From NCBI GenBank assembly GCA_963779495.1, contig CAVZYM010000004.1, positions 735,205 through 799,204 of the forward strand: 64,000 bases of DNA, in the 5' to 3' direction. Numbering within the stretch: position 1 is the first letter of the stretch; each line of letters begins with the position of its first letter. The translations under genes were made by a program, and so were the position numbers. A model generated the notes under the pieces. The model made no database searches and was not told where the DNA came from. It saw only the letters and a program-made list of their open reading frames with translations. Below, piece by piece: positions 17,162 to 27,500 of this stretch. This DNA comes from an uncultured Pseudomonadota bacterium (GTDB taxonomy: Bacteria > Myxococcota_A > Polyangia > Fen-1088).

Positions 17162-20100
17162 CTACGCATTCGGCGCGCGTCGGGTAGAGGCCGGCAGCTC
17201 GACGACGAACGTCGACCCCTCGCCCGGCGTGCTGTCGACGGCGATCGTCCCGCCCATGAGCTCGACGAACTGGCGGGCGATCCAGAGTCCCAGACCCAGT
17301 CCCCCTCGTTGCGGTCGGAGACCGCACGCTCGAAGCGATCGAAGATCCGGGCGTGGTTCTCGGGCGCGATCCCCATCCCGTGGTCGCGCACGCGCAGGAT
17401 CGCGGGCGACGCCCCCGACGGAACGGCGACCGAGACCTCGACCGCCTTCCCCTGGCCGTACTTGATGGCGTTGATGAGAAGGTTGGTGATCACCTGATCG
17501 AGCCGGACCGGATCCCAGTGACCGTGGACGGGCCGGACGGCGTCGAGCACGATGACCGAGCCGGCACGCTCGGCCTGCTCGCGCAGCCGGTCGCAGACGT
17601 CGCGGGCGATCTCGGTCAGCTCCACGTTCTCGGGACGCAGCTCCAGCCGTCCGGCGTTCAGGCGGGTGACGTCGAGGAGGTCCTGCACCAGCACCTCGAG
17701 CCGCCCCGCCTGGCGGCGGATCTTCTGGACCCGGCCCAGAAAGTTCCCGGCCGGCTGGGCGGCGTCGCGCGCGAGCGCCAGCAGCGCGCCGTCGGCCTGA
17801 AGACAGAGCGAGGTGAGCGGCGTGCGCAGCTCGTGCGAGGCGATGGAGAGGAACTCGTCGCGCGCGTGCACGGCGGCCTCGGCCTGGTGCTGCGCCACCT
17901 CGGCGAGCCGGTGCTCGTCCTCGATCTTGCGCCGCGCCAGCACCTGGTCGGTGACCTCGAACCCGTAGACCAGAATTCCGTCGACAGCGCCGTCCGCGCC
18001 GAAGCTTGGCTGGAAGACGAAGTTGACGAAGACGTCGCTCAGCTGACCATCGTTCGTTCGGTCGAGCTTGAGGGGCGCCTCCTGCGCCGCGTACGGCGTA
18101 CCTGTCCGGTAGACGGTATCCATGATGTCGATCATTCCTTGCGGGACCAGCTCCGCGACCGCTTCGCGCACGGGCCTGCCGACCACCTGCCGGTGGCCGA
18201 TCATCTGCAGCGCCGGGGGGTTGGCCAGCTCGAAGACGTGGTCGGGCCCCTTCAAGATCGCCACGATGGCGGGCGCGCTCATGAACAGCGCGTGCAGGCG
18301 CATCCGCTCGGTCTCCGCGGCGGCGCGCAGGCGGTTGAGGAGGAGGTGGGTCTCGACGCGGGCCACCAGCTCGCGCGCCGAGAAGGGCTTGACCAGATAG
18401 TCGTCCGCGCCCGCGTGCAGCCCGTCGACCTTGGCCTCCTCGCCCGCGCGGGCCGACAGCATGATCACCGGCGTGCCGCGGGTCTCGCGGGTCGGCGCGC
18501 AGCGCCGCAGCAGGCCGAAGCCGTCGAGGTTCGGCATCATCACGTCGGTGAGCACCAGATCGGGCCGCCGGGCCCGGATCGCCGCCAGCGCGGCGCTGCC
18601 GTCGGCCACCGCCTCCACGTCCCAGCGCTGGCGCAGCAGCCGGCCCACGTAGGCGCGCATGTCGGCGTTGTCGTCGGCGAGCAGGATGCGGGCCCGACGC
18701 CCCTCGGCCGGGGCTGGCGTCGACGCCGGCCCCCGACGGCTCGGCGGGCACGGCACGGGCACCGCCTCATCGGGGAGCCAGCGCAGCGCCTCGTCGACGT
18801 AAGCCTCGGCGCCCGCCGACGGCGGGCGCCGCGCGGCGCCTCGGTGCTCACCCGATCCGCCGGCAGATGCGCCGCGCCGAACGGCAAGCGAGATCGTGAA
18901 CGTGGTGCCCGACCCCCAGCGCGCTCCGCGCCTCGATCGTCCCGCCGTGCATCTTCACCAGCTCCTGGACCAGCGCCAGACCGATCCCCGAGCCCTCGTG
19001 CGTCCGCGCCCGCATCCCCTCCACGCGGTGGAAGCGCTCGAACAGACGGGGCAGCTCCTCCGGCGGGACGCCGACGCCGCTGTCCTTGACCCGCAGCACC
19101 GCCCGCTCGCCGTCGGCCCGCAGCGAGACCTCGATTCCCCCCTCGAACGTGAACTTGAACGCGTTCGAGAGCAGGTTGAGGACGATCTTCTCCCACATCG
19201 CCCGATCGACGTAGACCGGCTGCGGAAGCGGCGGACAGTCGATCGCCAGCGTGAGCCCGCCGCGCTCGACCGCCGAACGGAACACGCTGGCCAGGTCGCG
19301 CGGTGAAGGCGACCGAGATCGATCGGCGCGTAGATCGCCTGCGTGCGCCCCGCCTCGATGCGCGAGAAGTCGAGCAGGCTGTTGACCAGCCGCAGGAGGC
19401 GCAGGGCATTGCGGTTGATCACCTCCGCGTCGTCGCGCAGCGCGGGCGGCAGCGGCCCCCGCGCCCCGTCCAGCTGATCGCGGAGCGGCCCCAGCAGCAG
19501 AGTCAGCGGCGTGCGGAACTCGTGGCTGACGTTGCTGAAGAACGCGGTCTTGGCGCGGTCGAGCTCGGCCAGCGCCTCGGCCCGCGCGCTTCTCGTCCTC
19601 GTAGGCGACCGCGTTGGCGATGCCGGTCGCGATCTGCCCCGCGACCAGGTGCAGGAAGCTCTGGTACTCGTCGTCGAGCGGCCGGAACGGGTTCAGCCCG
19701 ACCACCAGCACGGCCGGCCTCGGCCGATCGGCAACACCACCGCCTTCGTCGGCGGCCGCGGCCAGGCCCCCGACGGCAACGGCCCCAGCTTCGCCTCGCA
19801 GCTCACCGACCACGATCGGCGCGCGCCCCCGCAGCACCTCGCGCCGCCGGCCAGAGGCGACCGTCCTCGAGCGCGATCGTCGTCGGGCGCGGCGGCGTGG
19901 CCGGGCGCGATCCCCGCGGCGCCGGCCAGCGCCGCGGTCTTCGGCTCGGGCTCGACCAGGTAGATCAGCGCGAACGGCAGATCGTCGGCGTTCGACGTCA
20001 TCGCGAGGGCGGCCAGCGCGCACGCCTCGCGGGCCGTGCGCGCGTCGGCGGTGCGGGCCGCCAGCTCCCGCAGCAGCGCCAGCCGGCGCTGGCCCAGGAT

Positions 20101-20651
20101 GCGCGGGCGTGTCGTCGGTGTTGGCGCAGATGATCCCGCCCGTCCCCCCCTCGTCGTTGGGAACCGGGCTGTACGAGAAGGTGTAGTAGGTCTCCTCGGG
20201 GTAGCCGTTGCGCTCCATGATCAAGAGCAGCGCCTCGTCGTACGTCCCCTCGTTGCCGCGCATCGTCGCCTCGGCGCGCGGCCCGACCTGATCCCAGATC
20301 TCGCGCCAGACCACCGAGGCCGGCTGCCCGAGCGCCTCGGGGTGCTTGCCGCCGACGATCGCCTTGTAGGCGTCGTTGTAGAGGTTGATGAGGTCGTCGC
20401 CCCACCAGACGAACATCGGCTGGCGCGAGGTGAGCATGATGCGCACGCAGGTCTTCAGCGTCTGGGGCCAGCCTCGAGACCGGCCCGAGCGGCGTGCGCG
20501 ACCAGTCGAAGGCGCGCATCCGTCTCCCCATCTCGCCGCCGCCGGAAAACACGGTGTCGGACTCGTTCGGCTCGCGCGGTCGCCGGCGCGCCGACTCGAG
20601 CGCGCTCACCTCGGCACCGGGTTGCTCGTCTTGCATTTCATCTCCAAGCAT
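17162..20651 (-). pseudogene. Large hybrid sensor histidine kinase (PAS-GAF-HisKA-HATPase-REC-PAS-HisKA-HATPase), multiply frameshifted
   Basis: The N-terminal FDWSRTPLGP / RIMLTSRQPMFVWWGDDLINLYNDAY PAS module, HisKA FFSNVSHEFRTPL (seen by continuing across a frame break) and HATPase GSGIGLALVQELVKMHGG are followed by a REC domain ([11 protein letters not shown]...[14 protein letters not shown]...DYLVKPF). Then come a second HisKA ([11 protein letters not shown]) and HATPase ([21 protein letters not shown]). The pieces lie in at least 7 frame segments with no intervening stop once frames are switched. Confidence 0.7.
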
Positions 20652-20738
20652 CAGTCCAGGCTCTTGGACCGTCGAATCTCCCGAGAGTTAGTCACTAACG
20701 ACGCAAGGGGAACCCCCAACTCATGGAAGCCGGTGAGC

Positions 20739-21698
20739 TCAGCGCCACCGGGCCGGCAGCGGCGGAATCTGGGCCGGGCGCTCGCGCACCACGTCAGTGG
20801 GGAGCTTGTCGGGCCTCAGCCCTTGGAACGACGCGTGACGGATGTGCCCGTGCCCCGTCCATTCCATGAACGCGGCCTCGCCGACGAGCTCCGGCTCCAG
20901 CCAGCGCACCGCGCCGTGCTTGCGCCCGGTCGGAAGCCCGCTCGCGAACGCCGGTGTCGGGCGTTCCAGCCTCGCGAACGCCGCGAGCAGCGGCCCCGCC
21001 TCGCGCTGGAAGCCCGTCCCGACCTTGCCGGCGAACAGAAGCTGCCCGCCGGCGTCGTAATACCCGAGCCAGATCGCGCCCAGCCCCCCGACCGTCGAGA
21101 GCTCGTAGGCCCCGAGCACGAACTCCTGGCGGAGCACGCACTTGATCTTCTGCCAGCTCGCGTTGCGCGCCCCCGGCCGGTATGGCGAACCGGCGGCCTT
21201 CGAGATGATCCCCTCGATGCGGTGCCGGGCCGCCTCCGCGAAGAACGCCGCCCCGCCACCGACGACATGATCCACGAACCGCAGCGGCGGCGGCGGGTGC
21301 GCGCCGAGCAGCGCCCGCAGCCGCGTCTTGCGCGTCTCGATCGGCTCCGCGCGCAGATCGTCACCGTCGACGAACAGCAGATCGAACACGAAGTAGGAGA
21401 TCCGGCCGCCGCCCCCCATGGCGTGCAGCGAGGTCCGTCCGTCGGGCATGATCGCCGCGACCTCTCCGTCGAGCAGCGCGGTCCGCGCTCCCAGCCGCTC
21501 GACGGCCGCGGCCACCGCCGGAAACGCCGCGGTCCAGTCCTTGGCGCGCCGAGACAGCAACGTCGCCCGCCCCCGCTCCAGACGACCGCCGATCCGGAAG
21601 CCATCCAGCTTGAGCTCGTGCAGCCAGCCATCCCCCTCGGGCGGCACCCGGGCCAGCAGGGCCAGCTGCGGGTCGTAGGTCGGGATGGCGGTGGGCAC
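20739..21698 (-). CDS. ATP-dependent DNA ligase (LigD-type ligase domain only)
   Basis: 319-aa intact ORF with adenylation motif I WLHELKLDGFR, then LDGEVA, FVFDLL, EGIISK and WQKIKC. Confidence 0.9.
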   Translation of the reverse strand: MPTAIPTYDPQLALLARVPPEGDGWLHELKLDGFRIGGRLERGRATLLSRRAKDWTAAFPAVAAAVERLGARTALLDGEVAAIMPDGRTSLHAMGGGGRISYFVFDLLFVDGDDLRAEPIETRKTRLRALLGAHPPPPLRFVDHVVGGGAAFFAEAARHRIEGIISKAAGSPYRPGARNASWQKIKCVLRQEFVLGAYELSTVGGLGAIWLGYYDAGGQLLFAGKVGTGFQREAGPLLAAFARLERPTPAFASGLPTGRKHGAVRWLEPELVGEAAFMEWTGHGHIRHASFQGLRPDKLPTDVVRERPAQIPPLPARWR

Positions 21699-21725
21699 GC
21701 TGACGAGCGTAGCCGCGTTCGCCTG

Positions 21726-22016
21726 TCAGAGCTTGCCGCGGGGCGGGCGCTCGCCCGCGTCCCGCCGGGCGCGATGCTCTTCGGCGACGTCTTCGATCTC
21801 TTCGTCGTCGCTGGGACCGCCGCGCCGCACCCGCCGGGTCTCGACCGGCTGGCCGATCGTGTCCGGGGAGCTCAGGCGCCGCTCCTCGTCCTCGGCGCGC
21901 ACGGGGCTGTTGCCCTCGGCTCTGTCCGCGGCCTGCTCGGCTTCGGCGCCGCGCCGGTCCTCGACCTCGTCCCCCTTCCAACGGTCGGGCTGGTCCTTGT
22001 CGCCTTTTGTCGCCAT
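21726..22016 (-). CDS. Hypothetical highly charged (acidic) small protein
   Basis: 96-aa ORF (MATKGDKDQPDRWKGDEVEDRR...) 27 nt upstream of the ligase on the same strand. No recognisable motif. Confidence 0.45.
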   Translation of the reverse strand: MATKGDKDQPDRWKGDEVEDRRGAEAEQAADRAEGNSPVRAEDEERRLSSPDTIGQPVETRRVRRGGPSDDEEIEDVAEEHRARRDAGERPPRGKL

Positions 22017-22046
22017 GAACCCAAGCTGACCACCCGGCGATGACCG

Positions 22047-22895
22047 TCAACGCTGGCAGGCGGGACAAAAGAACGTCGCCCGGCCAGCCTGGACGATCCG
22101 GGAGATGACAGGGTGGGCTCGACCGCGGCGCCCTTTCGGACAGGGCGCGCCGGCACGGTCGTAAACCAGGAAGGGATTGCCGGCCCCCTCCTCGACGTAT
22201 CCGATGTCGCTATCGCTCCCACCGGCGCCGAACGAATCGAGCGTGAACGTGATCGACGCGAGCACCGCCGCGGCGAGTCGCGCGACCTCGCGCCGCGACA
22301 GCGCGTCGGCACGGCGGCGCGGATCGAGCCGGGCGCGGAACAGCGCCTCGCTCGCCTGGATGTTGCCGACGCCCGCGAACAGCCGCTGATCGAGCATGGC
22401 GACCTTGATCGGGAGCTTCACCCGCTGCAGGCGCGCGTGCAGCGCGGCCGGGTCGATCCCGTCGCCGAGGGGATCGGGGCCGAGGGCCCGCAGCTCCGCG
22501 AGCTCGTCGAACCGCGCGCCCGGGACCAACCGCACGCGCCCGAACAGGCGCAGGTCGACGTAGTGAATCCGCGAGCGATCGTCGAGGTCGATCTCCAGCC
22601 GCGAATACCGGGGCGGCGCCTCGCCCGCCGTGCGCCGCGACCACTTGCCGGTCATTCCCAGGTGCGACCAGACGCCGAGCGGCCCCTTCGCCCCCGCCAG
22701 CGTCACGAGCAGGTTCTTGCCGATGCGGCGCACCCCCACGAAGCGCGCCCCGACCAGCGCCTGCAACGCCCGCGGCGTGCCCGGGCGGAAGATCCGCCGC
22801 GCGGCCGCGTCGGCCTTCACGGCACGGATGCGGCGCGCCGCCGTCCACCGGCCCAGGTTGCGCGCCGCGAACTCGACCTCGGGCAGCTCGGGCAT
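22047..22895 (-). CDS. mutM: Formamidopyrimidine-DNA glycosylase (Fpg/Nei family)
   Basis: 282-aa intact ORF with N-terminal MPELPEVE, the H2TH region and a C-terminal zinc finger (CPKGRRG...FFCPACQR). Confidence 0.88.
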   Translation of the reverse strand: MPELPEVEFAARNLGRWTAARRIRAVKADAAARRIFRPGTPRALQALVGARFVGVRRIGKNLLVTLAGAKGPLGVWSHLGMTGKWSRRTAGEAPPRYSRLEIDLDDRSRIHYVDLRLFGRVRLVPGARFDELAELRALGPDPLGDGIDPAALHARLQRVKLPIKVAMLDQRLFAGVGNIQASEALFRARLDPRRRADALSRREVARLAAAVLASITFTLDSFGAGGSDSDIGYVEEGAGNPFLVYDRAGAPCPKGRRGRAHPVISRIVQAGRATFFCPACQR

Positions 22896-22943
22896 GCCGC
22901 GGGTCAGTCTACCTTCCTGCGCCGCGCTGTCCTCATGCGCGTG

Positions 22944-23358
22944 CTACTTGACCCGTTCGTCGGCCTGGCGGGCCGCCGCATCGAGCGCCGCCCGGTCAGC
23001 CCCCGCCGCCCTCTGCTGGCGCACGGTGCCGCTCTCGCCCGCAGGGACGACGCCGACCTCGCGTTGCAGACGGTGCCGTTCCCGCTCGCGCTCGATGGCC
23101 CGTTCGGTCGGCGCCACCTCGGCGCCGCCGCCGATCGGCTCGTCCATCGGCGACAGCCGCTCGCCCTCTTCATCCTCGACCGTCGGCTGGCGACGCGTCA
23201 TGTGACGCGCCGATCACACCCTCGCGGGGAACGACGTCACCCCGTCCGGAGGCGATCAGCTCGGCCTCGATGCGCGTCTGCTGATCGTCGTCGATGCTCC
23301 ACTTGCTTCTGAGGCTCGGATCCCTCGCGCTGAGCTGGTCCTGCGTCTTTCGCTTCAT
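22944..23358 (-). CDS. Hypothetical protein(s): two overlapping small ORFs, possibly one frameshifted gene
   Basis: ORFs 23170-23358 (MKRKTQDQLSARDPSLRSKWSIDDDQQ...) and 22944-23201 (MTRRQPTVEDEEGERLSPMDEP...) overlap by 32 nt in different frames. No motif recognised. Confidence 0.3.
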
Positions 23359-23403
23359 ACCCTCAAATCTGGGTACGAACCCCCGGCGGTAACAGCGCGA
23401 CGG

Positions 23404-23739
23404 TCACCGCCGGCTGGCGCCGCGCGCGGCCCGTGCGCTCGGCGAAGCGCCCCGGTTCACCGCGGCGAGGCGCAGCGAGCTGTCGGGCTTGATCCGCGTC
23501 GTGCTCTTGCGCGTCGACTTGCGCGACGGCCGTGTGGTGGCGCTGACCTCGAACTCGAAGTTGCTCTTCCGTCCGGCCCGGACCCCATCGTTGTGCGACG
23601 CGGGGTTCGGCGGCCGGTCCTTGCGTCGGCCGCGCGCTTCAGCACGTTTGTTGGCCGAGATGTAACCGACCCGCTTGGGATGGCCCGCCTGAGCGCTGCG
23701 CTCCTGGGCCGCTCTGAATCGTTCACCTTTGGTTGCCAT
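23404..23739 (-). CDS. Hypothetical basic small protein
   Basis: 111-aa ORF MATKGERFRAAQERSAQAGHPKRVGYISANKRAEARGRRKDRPPNP..., strongly basic, with no recognised domain. Confidence 0.45.
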   Translation of the reverse strand: MATKGERFRAAQERSAQAGHPKRVGYISANKRAEARGRRKDRPPNPASHNDGVRAGRKSNFEFEVSATTRPSRKSTRKSTTRIKPDSSLRLAAVNRGASPSARAARGASRR

Positions 23740-23781
23740 CAGGTCCTCTACCTGAAAAGAATGGCCATCCCAGAGGCGTTC

Positions 23782-23802
23782 GGCGACTGCTAGCAGGTCG
23801 CC
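23782..23802 (-). terminator. Hairpin immediately downstream of the cytochrome c gene (possible intrinsic terminator)
   Basis: ggcgac-tgctagca-g-gtcgcc starts 5 nt after the stop codon (23807-23809 on the minus strand). No adjacent U-tract. Confidence 0.3.
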
Positions 23803-23806
23803 GTTG

Positions 23807-24325
23807 TCACTTCTCGAGCTTGTGGCAGTTGTTGCAGCTGAAGGCGCCCTCGACGGGCTTCTTGGGGTCGAAGACGGCGACGTCGAGCAACTTCCCCATC
23901 GCCGGCTCGACCTTCTGGACCATGAACTCCGTCCATTTGGGCCACGTCGGCTCTGCCTTCAGCTTGGCCTGAAAGGCCTCCGGCGTGCCCGGCAGCGGGT
24001 GGATGTCATTGCTCGGCATCTTGTACTTCCGTTCGACGCCGTCCGCGCCGTGGCAGGTCACGCAGGTGACCTTCTTGAACCGCTGCGCGTCGAAGGCCTG
24101 GAAGATCGGCTTCATCGTCGGCGTGACGGCGGTCTTCATGTAGGCCTTCTTCTGCTTGAAGGTCATGTCCTTCCAGGCGACCTCGGGAGGTCCGACGGTC
24201 TTCCCCCGGGCGAGACGCTCGCCCACCGGAATCGAGCAGAGAACGACGGTCGCGACGAACAGGCGCCTGAGACGACGGTGCATGAGGCCTCCATACACCG
24301 AATCCCGTGCCCGCGTGAAATTCAA
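23807..24325 (-). CDS. c-type cytochrome (two CXXCH haem-binding motifs), secreted or lipid-anchored
   Basis: 172-aa ORF with CVTCH and CNNCH and the hydrophobic N-terminus RRLFVATVVLCSIPVG. The likely true start is the internal Met at 24283 (MHRRLRRLF). Confidence 0.8.
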   Translation of the reverse strand: MNFTRARDSVYGGLMHRRLRRLFVATVVLCSIPVGERLARGKTVGPPEVAWKDMTFKQKKAYMKTAVTPTMKPIFQAFDAQRFKKVTCVTCHGADGVERKYKMPSNDIHPLPGTPEAFQAKLKAEPTWPKWTEFMVQKVEPAMGKLLDVAVFDPKKPVEGAFSCNNCHKLEK

Positions 24326-24528
24326 CGGGGGATCCTCCGGCGAACAAGGACTGACCTAACAAAGGACCGGAGGTATCGGGATGGCTGCGAAGGCTGTAAC
24401 GAAGGGGCGGAGCGCGGGGCCGGCCGACCCGTGAGAACGGCGCCTGTCGACGCCGACTGGAAACTTTTCACGCGCCGTAGTTAGCATCGAAGCGGTGACG
24501 ACGGGCGGCGGAGCCAGGAAGGTCCACG

Positions 24529-27500
24529 ATGGCCGATGAGCCGTTGCGCTATTGTCGCGACGAATCCACCGCCGCTGAGGCTCGGCGCGCTGCGCTCGCC
24601 ACCATCATTGGAACGGCGAGCGCGGGAGCGCTCTCCGTCGCGCTCTTTCTGGTCGTGCTGCGGTTCCCGGCTTTCGGCGCGAAGTACGCTCAGATCGCCG
24701 AGTCGTTGGGTTTCCCGAACACTGCCAAGAAGCTGCCGTGGGGGTTCTGGGGGTTCTTGACCGTCTCGCTGGGAATTTCGCTGGTCTTCTACAAGTCTCG
24801 TGTCGTCAGGAGGTGGGACTTCCTCCTGTTCTCGCCCTTCGACAGTGAAACGCTCGAGCCCGTGACTCGCTACACGGGCTTGCTTGGCTGGCACATGCCG
24901 GAGGAGGGTCCGACGCGTGATGCCTGGAATGCGCTCCGCTCGTGGGCGTTGATGGGCATCGCCGAGCTCGACGTTCAAGCCTTTCGGCGCCGCGAGAGTG
25001 GCCGTCGCACCCAGGACCCGTTTTCGTGGACGATCCTCCTCGGCCCCAACGGCAGCGGAAAATCTCAGCTGACGAAAGAGCTCGGGCGTGACCTTGGCCA
25101 GCGGGCCATTCTCGGCGATGGCGTTCCCAGACCAGGCGCGCCGGGACGGCGGCGCCTCCGGTTGCGCCAGTGGTGGCATCGCGTGAGGGGCAAGACACTG
25201 GAGAACGTTCCATGGGACGCCGGGATGGTGGCGAAACGCGGGGACCGAAAGGACGATCACAGGCTGGAGCGGCTCAAGACCTGGCTGCCACGAGCCCCGA
25301 CCTTTCTCATTTTGGACGATCCGCCACTGACGGTCTGCTCGAAGGTCATCGAGACGCTCGCGGCGCGACAAGACAAATATCTGTTCCCTGTCCGGCTGGT
25401 GATCGTCGACCAATTCATTCCCGCCGATCTTCCCGTCATGAAGAATACCGACCGAGTGGGGTGGCACCACTCCGACGCAGCGTCCGTTGCGTTCTCCCCC
25501 ATCTTCTTGGCGGCGCCCGCCTTCGACGTCGAGCGCTTCCGCAAGGTTCTGGCGCAAGGCTACTGGGTCAAGGAGGCCAAGGCGCCGCCCATCCTCGAGA
25601 GGGACTTGCCCGCCCTCTACAGGTACGAGGACATGGAGCGCCTCGTGAGCGCCGTGGACGGAAGTCCAATGCTGTTGGCGCTCGCGACTCATTGGTTGCG
25701 TCGCCGGGGCCGTTCCGTCGAGATGCTCCTGCGCGGCACTCTCGACATCGTGGCCGAGGAGGAAAAGGTCTTCTTCGGACCGACAGGTGAGGACCTGCGC
25801 GCTCTCGTCTCCCATCGGTTGGTGACTGAGCGCATCGAAGAGCTGTACGAGGGCTTCAAAGCCGTCGATCTGCACCAGCCTCATGACAAGGCGGCTCTGC
25901 GCAAATCGATTGCGTGCGCGACGATCGCCGACGGCATCTCGAGCCGCACCGCGCGCGAACGATTCAAGTTGGGCGGGGACGACACGGACCTGCACCGCGT
26001 CTTCGCCGACGTTCCCGGAACCATCGAGACCGTGCCGCCCGTGCGTCCCTGGTTGATCGGAGAACACTTCGTCTCGAAGGTCGAGCACGACGTCTACCCG
26101 GGACAGACACAGGGTGTGGATGGCCTCATTCGAGAGGCATGGCAAATTCATCCCGACGGAACGCTCGAGGCCCTGTCCCGGCCCGGACCGCTGGCTTGCC
26201 GAATCGCGCGCGTCATCGGCGACGCTCCGCGACCGACTGACGGGGCCACCCAACTGACGCAGTTCACGGCGCTCGCCCAGCACGCTCTGTTTAGTTCGGG
26301 CGACTCACTGCCCCGTGCTCTCGCCATCGCGGCGGAGATGAGTTCGCTCGTCGTAGGCGAGGCGTCTGCGATTCTCGAGCGGCTCACGGAACTGAACCTT
26401 CGTGCGGACGGCCTGTCAGCCTGCGCCCTCTTCTGTTCGCTCGCGGCCCGGCGTTTGGAGACCGAGAAGGTTGCTGGCGAAGAGCTGTTTTCGAGGATCC
26501 AGACCCTGCTACGTCGGGCCCCTGACGGGATCCTCCACGAAGATGCCGCTCCGCAGATAAATGCGCTCGAGACCGCATTCCGTGCGATTGCTCGACGGCT
26601 CGCAGAACGGTTGGCGCCGGTGGAGACCATCGAGGAAGTCGAAGTTCGTCTTCTTCAATTCAACAAGTCTATTCTTCGCTACCTCCCCAAGAGCCTGATC
26701 CGCCACTGGGCCGAGGCGCTCGCCGAAAACGCCCGACAGCCGGTGTCGCAAGCGGAACGATTCGAGATGGAATCGATCTTGGCATTCTCCCTGGCGGCCG
26801 CCGAAACGGGCGACGCCGACACCTGCGAGACCAACGTAAAGAGGATCGAGCGCCTCTTAGCCTCTTGGACCTTCGAACCATCTATTGCCGCACGGATTCG
26901 TGCCACCGCTCAGAGACACGTCGTGACAGCTCACGCCGAAGGGCCGGACGGAGGCACGGCGGCCGGGTTGGCGATTTCGGTTCTCGACGAGATCGTTCGA
27001 CCCTGGCCGGAACATCCCGACGTCCAAAGAGAGCTAGCTAAAGCCTGGCGGAACACAGCGGTAAGCTATAGCAACATCCCAAACAATCCGGCCAAGACCG
27101 AGTTGGCGGCAATCATGGTCGACGCCATCGCTGGAAGATTTCCATGGGATCAGGAGATACAACAGACGCGGGCGCGGACCTGGTCAGCTGTCGCGTATGC
27201 GCGAAGCCAAGTCTCCTTGCCGAAAGCATCCTCGGTGGAGGCCGCTGCGCTAGTCGTCGACAGCATCGGCCCGATTCCACCCCAGGACGACTGGTCAGTC
27301 GCCGAGCAAACGGACGCTTGGGCATCTGTCGGTTACGCGGCCACCGAGGATGAGAGCCTCACCCCCAGCGAGGCGCGAGCCTCCGCGGAACACGCGGCCA
27401 GGAAGGTGGACGAGATCGCGAGAGACCGTCTGCGCGAATATTGGTTGCAATGCCATCGCGCCGATGCGTGGACGTTCGTCTCCGCGACGAGGAGCCGGCA

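Noticed and set aside
23740-24528. A search for a direct repeat of the tRNA-Gly 3' half, which would mark the distal att site of an island carrying the NTPase gene.
   Set aside because: By eye I found no convincing match to agcgggagaagggattcgaaccctcgacg in 23.7-24.6 kb, and no integrase gene is present. The island hypothesis therefore rests only on composition and tRNA adjacency. An alignment search is still needed.
24481-26283. A 600-aa ORF on the minus strand, antisense to the STAND-like NTPase gene.
   Set aside because: Its translation is low-complexity and Arg/Gly/Pro-rich with no motif. It fully overlaps a plus-strand frame that has clear P-loop motifs and coding periodicity, so it is a typical GC-driven shadow ORF.
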